From Actinomycetes bacterium (GTDB lineage Bacteria; Actinomycetota; Actinomycetes; JAHEKZ01): a stretch of DNA of 64,000 bases. Each line of letters starts with the position of its first letter. Position 1 is the stretch's first letter. The stretch is from assembly GCA_024644435.1 (NCBI GenBank), contig JAHEKZ010000001.1, positions 1,703 through 65,702 on the forward strand, in the 5' to 3' direction. The translations under genes were made by a program, and so were the position numbers. This document shows, one piece after another, positions 10,126-17,650 of this stretch. The notes beneath the pieces were generated by a model, which saw only the letters and a list, made by a program, of their open reading frames with translations, made no database searches and was not told the origin of the DNA.

Positions 10126-11328
10126 ATGCGACAAGGGGGCGGCGTGGCGGTGCGATGGGCTCTGGTGGTCGTGGTGGCCCTGTCGACGGCAGGCAGCTCA
10201 CTGGTCGCCGGCGTCGCGTCTGCCGAGGTCCCACCGGATGCGGTCTCGGGCTACCTCTACCGAGACATCGACAACGACGGTGTGCGCGACGTGGACGAGC
10301 CTCCCGTGCCCGACGTCGTCATCCGCTCCGGCCGAAAGTCAACAATCACCGATGCCTTCGGCTACTACGAGTTCACCGGACTCACGAACCAGGTGAACCT
10401 TCGCGTCGACACGGGGTGGTTCCGGAGTCAGTGCACGTCCTCCTACTCCGGGCCGTCATCTGGGGCCAAGCACACCGACGCCTGTCCCGACCCAGGCGTG
10501 GGCGCCGGGATCGATCAGGACTTCCGTGTCGTCAACCAGCTCATTACGGCCACAGCTGCACCCGGGACCGAGGCTTCCCTCGGGTTGACGCCGGACTGGG
10601 TGGGCGATGGCTATGACGGCTTCAGCACAGACCCCAGCGCAGCCGTCTCCATCGACGCCGCACTGCGTCTCTCCCCCGGGTACCGCATGCCGGGCGCGGC
10701 CACGGACTGCCAGCGCTTTGTCTGCCGCCCCGGTGAGACTCAGTGGGTACTCGTCCAGTGGCTCAATCAGGGCACCGAGCCGCTGCAGGGAATGCGGGCC
10801 GTCGTCCGTGCACCGGCCGGCTCCTCGATCACCCAAGTCGCACCGTACTACGGCCACGACAAGGCATCAGGGCAGACAGTGACCGGGTTTCGGGTCAAGG
10901 ACGCCAAGTCGGGCACCAAACTCACCAAAGGGTCAAACGGCTGGCTGTCGACGTCATCCAAACGCATCCGGATCACGCTCAAGGGCTCGGTACCCGCCGG
11001 CAGCGAATACCTCACCGCAGTGGCTTTCCTCATCGACAGCGATGCGACCTTCTCAGACGGCAACGGGGATGGGCTTCCTGACTGCTCAGCGGAGACTGGC
11101 GGTGCCTATCCCGATCAGACCTGCCTCCTCGCAACCGACTCTGGTCCTGGTTCCTACGTCGCCTACGGCGCCATCGTCCGGATCAAGAATGCAGTCGACG
11201 CCGACGCCACGACCTGCCCCAAGATCCCGCGCGCATGCCCGGTGAAAGGAGTGCACGACAAGACCAAACCCGGTGACTCCAACGACTCCGGCGCATGGAA
11301 GGTCGACTCGCTCTACCCCCCCGCATAG
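10126..11328 (+). CDS. Secreted Cys-rich protein with an N-terminal SdrD B-like / Cna-B-like domain
   Basis: Signal peptide (VRWALVVVVALSTAGSSLVAGVASAEV), then YLYRDIDNDGVRDVDEPPVPDVVIRSGRKSTITDAFGYYEFTGL, then about 280 aa with eight or more cysteines. The start was trimmed from 9925, which overlaps the tRNA, to the ATG at 10126. Confidence 0.55.
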   Translation: MRQGGGVAVRWALVVVVALSTAGSSLVAGVASAEVPPDAVSGYLYRDIDNDGVRDVDEPPVPDVVIRSGRKSTITDAFGYYEFTGLTNQVNLRVDTGWFRSQCTSSYSGPSSGAKHTDACPDPGVGAGIDQDFRVVNQLITATAAPGTEASLGLTPDWVGDGYDGFSTDPSAAVSIDAALRLSPGYRMPGAATDCQRFVCRPGETQWVLVQWLNQGTEPLQGMRAVVRAPAGSSITQVAPYYGHDKASGQTVTGFRVKDAKSGTKLTKGSNGWLSTSSKRIRITLKGSVPAGSEYLTAVAFLIDSDATFSDGNGDGLPDCSAETGGAYPDQTCLLATDSGPGSYVAYGAIVRIKNAVDADATTCPKIPRACPVKGVHDKTKPGDSNDSGAWKVDSLYPPA

Positions 11329-11336
11329 CTGCCCGG

Positions 11337-12413
11337 CTACGAGCGGGCCGGCGTCGAGCCATCTGATGTCTCGGTGCGCTGACGCCGGAGCACCAACGCC
11401 CCACCGGCCAGCACCAAGAGCACCAGCCCAGCAGCGAGTAGGGCAACTGCCGGACCAACGGCCTCTCCCACCCAGGTGACGGTGAGGACGACGGCCCCCA
11501 ACGTGCCTGCGGTGATGTACGGCCAGCTCGGGCACAGCAGGTAGACGCCAAGGCTTACGGCGATCAATGCCGCCAGGGCCAGTCGATGCGACCAGGTCAC
11601 CTCAGAAATAGTTGCTGCAGCGAAGAACGCCTCCAGCAGTCCGAGGCCGGTGATGAGCGTCCGGTGTCGCATTAGCCTCGTGAAGGTCCCGACCATGGCC
11701 CACGTCAGACCGAGAGCCAGAAGCGTCCACTGGATCGCGACCGAGCGATCGTAGGCCGTGACCTGGATAACTCCGATGTAGGCAGTGGTCACCGCCGCAA
11801 AGATGGCGATCTCGCCTAGCGGTGTGTCCGCCTGCCAGCGCGCGAAGACCAGAGCCACCAATGCCAGCGCAGCTCCCACGATCAATGCCCATCCGACCTC
11901 GGCGTCGGTGACCTTCGCTTGACCGGACAGCATGGCCACCATGACGGTGCCGAACCCGGCGAGAGCCCCGAGCGTGAACAGTGAGCCGCTCAGTCGGCGC
12001 AGGGTGTCACCGTTTGCGAGGTCGGCCCATGCAAGGTGCCGTCGGAAGGCGATAGGGGTGGCTGCCGCCAGCAGGAGGACAAGAGCCACTCCGGCCATGA
12101 CGCCAACCCGCACGCCATAGGTCATGTCGGCCCACTGTTGCGCGACGACCACGATGCCGGCGGCCACCAGCAGTCCGGCGCCGAGGTAGGCGCCGATCTC
12201 GGCCAGCCGGGCGACCATGTTTCGCGGTGCCGACACCGGCGCCAGGTCCCCGACGGGCAGCCGTTCATCCGCTAAGGCACGGAGCACCGCCTTGGCCTGC
12301 TGCTCATTGAGTGTGTGATCAGCCACGAGCCGCCCGAAAGGCGCTGGTAGCGGAGAGGCGGCCATTCCTGGCCTTGGGTGGTTAGTGAGCATGTCGGCGA
12401 ACATTGTCCTCAC
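11337..12413 (-). CDS. Integral membrane protein (DUF2157-like)
   Basis: About nine hydrophobic helices after a soluble N-terminal segment. No catalytic motifs seen. Confidence 0.5.
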   Translation of the reverse strand: MRTMFADMLTNHPRPGMAASPLPAPFGRLVADHTLNEQQAKAVLRALADERLPVGDLAPVSAPRNMVARLAEIGAYLGAGLLVAAGIVVVAQQWADMTYGVRVGVMAGVALVLLLAAATPIAFRRHLAWADLANGDTLRRLSGSLFTLGALAGFGTVMVAMLSGQAKVTDAEVGWALIVGAALALVALVFARWQADTPLGEIAIFAAVTTAYIGVIQVTAYDRSVAIQWTLLALGLTWAMVGTFTRLMRHRTLITGLGLLEAFFAAATISEVTWSHRLALAALIAVSLGVYLLCPSWPYITAGTLGAVVLTVTWVGEAVGPAVALLAAGLVLLVLAGGALVLRRQRTETSDGSTPARS

Positions 12414-12448
12414 CCCCGCTCCAGGCTAGGCCGAGACGCCGCTTGCGG

Positions 12449-13078
12449 TCAGTGGCGAAGGTCCTGGCGCGGCTCGAGCGCGGCGGCCAGCAGGAACCGG
12501 ACGGCGTCGTCAACGGTCTGCTCACTGGCATCCTTGGTGTACACCATGTGCCAGCTCAGCGTCTCGAGCACGGCGGGGACGAAAGCCACCGCGCTCTCGG
12601 AGACCTCACCGCTGGCCACTCCTTGCCGCAGGATCAGACCGATCGCCGCGTTCCAGCGCTTCACAGCGGCCCTGGCCTCGACGAGCCGTTCACTCCGCAC
12701 GACCTGCTCGGTCACACACCGTAGATCGAACGGCATCGTTCGATACCACTCGAGGTCCCAAGCGACGTAGCCGGCGAACCTGTCGACCGCTGAGCCGGAC
12801 GTGGCCGCCGCCGTCTCAGCATGATGGGCCGGGACATCCATGTCGTAGACGGCAAGCTCGGCGAGCATCGAGCTCTTGCTGGGGAAGTGCTTGAACAGAG
12901 ACGGCTGCTGGATCCCCACCCGCTCTGCGATCTGCCGGGTCGTTGCCCCGCGAAACCCATGCGTGGCAAAGAGCCGGGATGCCTCGAGCAGGATCTTGTC
13001 TCGAGTGGCCCAACGCCGTCGAGGAGTCGCACGAAGGGTCAGGATGTGCTGCTCGGCACCCTCTGCGACGTCACTCAC
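12449..13078 (-). CDS. TetR/AcrR family transcriptional regulator
   Basis: N-terminal HTH (ILLEASRLFATHGFRGATTRQIAERVGIQQPSLFKHF). Confidence 0.85.
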   Translation of the reverse strand: MSDVAEGAEQHILTLRATPRRRWATRDKILLEASRLFATHGFRGATTRQIAERVGIQQPSLFKHFPSKSSMLAELAVYDMDVPAHHAETAAATSGSAVDRFAGYVAWDLEWYRTMPFDLRCVTEQVVRSERLVEARAAVKRWNAAIGLILRQGVASGEVSESAVAFVPAVLETLSWHMVYTKDASEQTVDDAVRFLLAAALEPRQDLRH

Positions 13079-13103
13079 GTTCCCCCCAAGTTCCGTGGAA
13101 CGC

Positions 13104-13119
13104 CCACTCTACCGAGTGG
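13104..13119. promoter_or_regulatory. Inverted repeat CCACTC-N4-GAGTGG in the divergent TetR/purU intergenic region (candidate operator)
   Basis: The 6-bp arms are perfect reverse complements with a 4-nt spacer. The site lies in the 92-bp gap between divergent genes. Confidence 0.3.
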
Positions 13120-13170
13120 CTATCGGTTGATACCCTGCGGCTTCCCGTTCCGCAGAGAAGGACCACCCCC

Positions 13171-14043
13171 ATGCCAGTGCACACAGCCTCCGGGCACCCG
13201 GAGTTCATTCTCACGCTCTCGTGCGAGGACCGACCAGGGGTCGTCTACGCCGTGTCCAGCTTCCTGGTGCAGCACCATTGCACGATCATTTCCAGCCAAC
13301 AGTACGGCGACCAGGAGACCGGCCGGTTCTTCATGAGAGTACGGTTCGCCTGCTTCGACGGGGACGAGCTGGTATCGCTGCAGCAAGACTTCGCCCGCAT
13401 CTCGACGTCGTTCGACATGTCGTTCGTTCTGCGCGGTGCACAGGAACGCCAGCGGGTGCTCCTGATGGTCTCCAGGTTCGGTCACTGCCTGAACGACCTG
13501 CTCTTCCGCCACCGGATCGGGGCACTACCGATCGACGTTGTCGGTGTGGTGTCCAACCACCGCGACTATGAGGACCTCGTCGAGGACAACAACATCCCCT
13601 TCCACCACATCCCGGTGACGTCGGAGACAAAGACGACCGCCGAACAGCAGCTCCTGACCATCGTGGAGGAGCAGAAGGTCGACCTCGTGGTGCTGGCGCG
13701 TTACATGCAGGTGCTCTCCGAGGACCTCTGCCGGTCCCTCGAGGGCCGTGCAATCAACATCCACCATTCATTCCTGCCGAGCTTCAAAGGAGGCAAGCCC
13801 TACCACCAGGCCCACGAACGTGGGGTCAAGCTGATCGGGGCAACTGCTCACTACGTCACCACGGACCTGGACGAAGGGCCGATCATTGAGCAAGAGGTCG
13901 CCCGCGTCGACCACAGTCTCTCAGCGGACAAGCTTGTCGCCGCTGGCCGCGATGTGGAGTGCCAAGCCCTCGCACGTGCCGTGCTGTGGCACGCCGAGAG
14001 CCGCATCCTCCTGAACGGACACCGGACGGTCGTGTTTCGCTGA
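13171..14043 (+). CDS. purU: Formyltetrahydrofolate deformylase
   Basis: N-terminal ACT domain (FILTLSCEDRPGVVYAVSSFLVQHHCTI) plus a formyltransferase domain (HHSFLPSFKGGKPYHQAHERGVKLIGATAHYVT). The start was trimmed to the ATG at 13171. Confidence 0.9.
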   Translation: MPVHTASGHPEFILTLSCEDRPGVVYAVSSFLVQHHCTIISSQQYGDQETGRFFMRVRFACFDGDELVSLQQDFARISTSFDMSFVLRGAQERQRVLLMVSRFGHCLNDLLFRHRIGALPIDVVGVVSNHRDYEDLVEDNNIPFHHIPVTSETKTTAEQQLLTIVEEQKVDLVVLARYMQVLSEDLCRSLEGRAINIHHSFLPSFKGGKPYHQAHERGVKLIGATAHYVTTDLDEGPIIEQEVARVDHSLSADKLVAAGRDVECQALARAVLWHAESRILLNGHRTVVFR

Positions 14044-14114
14044 TCCAGCGGTCCCTTCCCCTCCGCTCCTCCTGCACGTGTCGGGCCGGTCGCCTAGGGT
14101 CGAGGTGATCATGG

Positions 14115-14126
14115 CCGTCCGGACGG
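14115..14126. promoter_or_regulatory. Perfect 12-bp palindrome CCGTCCGGACGG, 23 nt upstream of the operon start codon
   Basis: Self-complementary 12-mer. GGACGG recurs at 14135-14140, followed by a GGAGG RBS and the ATG at 14149. Confidence 0.3.
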
Positions 14127-14148
14127 GCGGTCGACGGACGGAGGACGC

Positions 14149-15810
14149 ATGCTCCCCCACCTGACGTGGGTGATCGGTGACCAGACACCGACCGACCACA
14201 TCGTGGTCGAAGGCACCTCGAGGGCACTCTCCGAGGCGGGCTGGCTGGTCGCTGCACACAGCGACGATGGCCCTCGCGGCTCGGCGCTGCTGATCTGGAC
14301 CCGAACCTCGCTCGACGACGAGGCGCGCAGAGCCGTCGCCGAGGCCCGCTCCCATGGCTCACCAATCTTCTTGCTCGGCCCCAGCATCACGGCCGACATC
14401 CCGGAGCTGCGTGAGGCGTCTGGTGTATCCCCCGAGACCTGGGCTCCGTCTCATCTGGCTCGACTGCGGCCGCACGGATCTCAGGTATGGCAAGAGCGCG
14501 TGGCCCCCTCGGGCGGTGCCACCGAGATCCAGACGCCCGTGCTCGCCACCGACAAGGTGCGCGAGTCGGTCGAGATCCGGCTGACGGCACATCTGGGCCT
14601 GACCCCCCACCCCGTGCTCACCTGGAATCCCGAAACCCTTGTCGGTGTCTACTCGGTCATTCCTGACGCGGACGCACCAGAGGAGATCGTGGCCAGCGCC
14701 CGCGTCCTGCACCTCGCGCTCCGTGACGTGCTCTCGATCGACCCTCCTCACGCTGAACCTTTGGTCGTCGGGCTCCTCGGCTTTGGGGCCATCGGGGCCG
14801 AGCACGCCCGCGCGGCCGACGCGCTGCCCGGCCTGCGGCTCGGGATGGTGTGCGATCGGTCCGACGATCGACTCAGCGCGGCACGTGCCCACTTTCCGGG
14901 AGTCACGACCACGACCAGTCCTGAGCGCCTCCTCTCCGACGGCGAGGTCGACGTCGTGGTGGTCTCGACGCCTCCCGACTCGCACGCGGCCTGGGCAGAA
15001 CGTGTCATGAATGCGGGCAAGCACGTGATCGTGGAAAAACCCTTCGCGCTGACGATCGACGAGTCCGATCAGGTTCTGGCAACTGCGCACGCCACCGGGC
15101 GCCGAGCTGTCGTCTACCAGAACAGGCGCTTCGACCCCGACTTCCTCACCATCAGCAAGCTCCTCGACCGGGGATCTCTGGGCGAGGTCTTTCACCTCGA
15201 GGCCTTCATCGGTGGGTACGGCCACCCCTGCAACTACTGGCACTCCGACGAGGCGGTGTCGGGCGGCGCGCTCTACGACTGGGGGTCGCACCTGATCGAC
15301 CAGATCCTCAGCCTGCACCCCGGCCCCATCCACCACGTCACCTGCATCGAGCACAAGCGCAAGTGGCACGACGTCACCAATGCTGACCACACGAGCATGT
15401 CGCTGCGCTTCCGTGACGGCAGTGAAGCCGTCTTCGTGCACTCAGATCTTGCAGCTGCACTCAAACCTCGGTGGTACCTGCTCGGCACCGAGGGGGCTGT
15501 CACCAGCACATGGCGCCATGAGGCCGTGATCGCGCGCAACGCCATCGGAACCCTCGATGAGGACGTGCTGGCAGTCACCGACTCCCCTCCCGAGCTGACC
15601 CTCGTCGACCCGCTCGGTTCGCAGACCGTTCTCAGCCAGGTGAACGCCGAGCCGCACGCCTTCCACCGGCAGTTCGTCGACGACGTACGGTACGCCTGGC
15701 CCATGACGGTCACCGCAGAGCAGTCGCGCCGGGTCGTCGCCGTGATGGAGGCGGCCCGCGCCTCGGCACGCGCCGGGGGCACCCCCGTTCCCGTCAACGG
15801 CGACGCGTGA
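14149..15810 (+). CDS. Gfo/Idh/MocA-family NAD(P)-dependent oxidoreductase with an about 190-aa N-terminal extra domain (possibly ThuA/GATase1-like)
   Basis: C-terminal Rossmann motif GLLGFGAIGAEHA…EKPFALT is Gfo/Idh/MocA-like. The N-terminal segment (ALLIWTRTSLDDEARRAVAEARSHGSPIFLLGP…PVLTWNPE) resembles the ThuA-type GATase1-like fold; this is low-confidence inference. Confidence 0.75.
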   Translation: MLPHLTWVIGDQTPTDHIVVEGTSRALSEAGWLVAAHSDDGPRGSALLIWTRTSLDDEARRAVAEARSHGSPIFLLGPSITADIPELREASGVSPETWAPSHLARLRPHGSQVWQERVAPSGGATEIQTPVLATDKVRESVEIRLTAHLGLTPHPVLTWNPETLVGVYSVIPDADAPEEIVASARVLHLALRDVLSIDPPHAEPLVVGLLGFGAIGAEHARAADALPGLRLGMVCDRSDDRLSAARAHFPGVTTTTSPERLLSDGEVDVVVVSTPPDSHAAWAERVMNAGKHVIVEKPFALTIDESDQVLATAHATGRRAVVYQNRRFDPDFLTISKLLDRGSLGEVFHLEAFIGGYGHPCNYWHSDEAVSGGALYDWGSHLIDQILSLHPGPIHHVTCIEHKRKWHDVTNADHTSMSLRFRDGSEAVFVHSDLAAALKPRWYLLGTEGAVTSTWRHEAVIARNAIGTLDEDVLAVTDSPPELTLVDPLGSQTVLSQVNAEPHAFHRQFVDDVRYAWPMTVTAEQSRRVVAVMEAARASARAGGTPVPVNGDA

Positions 15811-16787
15811 CCGGTCTCGCCACAGACGTTGTCCGCTGGGGCTTCCTCGGGGCGGGCTTCGTGGCCGCTCAGGCTCTGGCGCCGGCAGTCCATGCCAGCC
15901 CCCATGCCCGACTGCACTCCGTCGCAGCACGTGACGAAGGGCGGGCTGCCGCCCTCGAACCCTCCGGTCGCGTCACGACCCGTTATGAAGACGTTCTTGA
16001 CGACGACGACGTGGACGCCGTGTACATCTCGCTCACCAACGAGGTACACCTGCCGTGGATTCTGGCCGCGCTGGATCGCGGCAAGCACGTCCTGTGCGAA
16101 AAGCCGATCACACTCACGGCCGGCGAGTGCCGCACGGCTTTCGCCGCAGCCCGAACGGCCGACCGACTACTAGTCGAGGCTGCCTGGACGCAGTGGCATC
16201 CCAGAACCCGACGGCTCGGCACCTTGGTGAGGCGAGGCGACCTCGGGACCGTGCGATCCATCACCGCCGCCTTCACCTTCGACGGAGTCCCCGACACGAA
16301 CTTCCGGCTCGACCCGGCACGGGGCGGTGGTGCACTGCTTGACGTGGGGCCGTATCTGCTCAGACCGGTGGCCAACTGGGTCGGGGACGAGTGGCGGCTG
16401 GAGGCGGTCGAGCGTGAAACAAGTCAGCGTGGCGTCGACCTCCGGACCCGAGCAACCCTGTCGACCGCGGCCGGGGCCCGGGCGCAGGTTGTCGGCTCAT
16501 TCCTGGACCCGGAGCACCAGGTGCTCCGGGTCGACGGCGAGGCCGCGTCTGCCGAGTGCGGCCCGCCGGCGTTCACCAGCTGGCACAAGCTGGCCACCGT
16601 CGACGTGTCTGACGGCGTGCGCACCTGGTCCGAGACCTTCCCCAGCTGCGACGCCTACGAGCTGATGGTGAGCTCGGTGTCACGGCGGATCAACGGCGAC
16701 GACCAGGCGTTCGTGATCTCTGAGGACGAGTCGCTGGCGTGCATGAGGCTGATCGACCTGATCCGCGAGCCGCAGGGCCGGTCGTGA
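15807..16787 (+). CDS. Gfo/Idh/MocA-family oxidoreductase
   Basis: WGFLGAGFVAAQALAP…VLCEKP. The GTG start overlaps the upstream stop (GTGA). Confidence 0.8.
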   Translation: MTGLATDVVRWGFLGAGFVAAQALAPAVHASPHARLHSVAARDEGRAAALEPSGRVTTRYEDVLDDDDVDAVYISLTNEVHLPWILAALDRGKHVLCEKPITLTAGECRTAFAAARTADRLLVEAAWTQWHPRTRRLGTLVRRGDLGTVRSITAAFTFDGVPDTNFRLDPARGGGALLDVGPYLLRPVANWVGDEWRLEAVERETSQRGVDLRTRATLSTAAGARAQVVGSFLDPEHQVLRVDGEAASAECGPPAFTSWHKLATVDVSDGVRTWSETFPSCDAYELMVSSVSRRINGDDQAFVISEDESLACMRLIDLIREPQGRS

Positions 16788-17650
16788 CATCACTCGACTG
16801 GCCGCTCGACACCTGGGTCGACCCACGGCCCGTTCCCGTCGCCGATGGGACGCAACTCGCTGTGCGAGTCCTCGACGGTGAGGCCCGCCCCTTCGTCTTG
16901 GCGCACGGTCTGGCGTCCAACGCCCTGCTCTGGCGCAACGTTGCCCAGACGCTCAACGCCCACGGCCACGCAGTCGCCGTGGCCGACCTGCGAGGTCATG
17001 GCCGCTCAGAGCGACCGGATGTGGGCCACAGCACGGCTCAGGCAGCGGATGACCTCAACGCTGTCTCGGCGGCGTTGGGGTGGCAGGGGCGGCGACCTGT
17101 CGTGGTCGGACAGTCGTGGGGCGGCAATGTGGTGCTCCGTGCAGCGCGTGACCAGGCGGTGTGGGGTGGGGTGGCCGCGGTCGACGGCGGATGGATTCAC
17201 CTCGGCAACCGATTCCCCTCGTTCGAGGCGTGTTGGACGCAGCTCGCGCCGCCAGACCTGAGCGACCGGCCACCCGCTGAGGTGCTGGCCTGGATCTCGT
17301 CGATGGTGTCCGACTGGCCCGACGGTGCCGCAGCAGCCATCGCCGGCAACCTGGAGCTCCGGGCGGGCTCGGTCCGCAACCGGCTCGACCGTGCGCATCA
17401 CCGCTCAATCCTGCACTCTCTGTGGGCCGACGACCCGACCGACATGTACGCCGACATCGCGGTACCCACCCACCTGATGGTCGCGGGCACGTCGACCTCA
17501 ACCGATGTCGACCGCGCCCAGTCGGCGATTCCCGACGCCACGGTCACCTGGTACCCCGACGCCCACCACGACCTCCATCTCCAACATCCGCAGACAGTCT
17601 CTGATCAGCTGCTAGAGCTGGTTCAGCGCGTGAAAGGATCGACAGCGTGA
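16784..17650 (+). CDS. Alpha/beta-fold hydrolase
   Basis: HG…LW oxyanion region (VLAHGLASNALLW) and GQSWGG nucleophile elbow. The start is either the GTG at 16784 (GTGA overlap with the upstream stop) or the ATG at 16739. Confidence 0.75.
   Translation: MTSLDWPLDTWVDPRPVPVADGTQLAVRVLDGEARPFVLAHGLASNALLWRNVAQTLNAHGHAVAVADLRGHGRSERPDVGHSTAQAADDLNAVSAALGWQGRRPVVVGQSWGGNVVLRAARDQAVWGGVAAVDGGWIHLGNRFPSFEACWTQLAPPDLSDRPPAEVLAWISSMVSDWPDGAAAAIAGNLELRAGSVRNRLDRAHHRSILHSLWADDPTDMYADIAVPTHLMVAGTSTSTDVDRAQSAIPDATVTWYPDAHHDLHLQHPQTVSDQLLELVQRVKGSTA

Noticed and set aside
9974-13078. Genomic island or prophage remnant downstream of tRNA-Leu.
   Set aside because: No integrase, recombinase or phage genes, and no direct repeat of the tRNA 3' end that I could see. 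Kept only as a low-interest finding.
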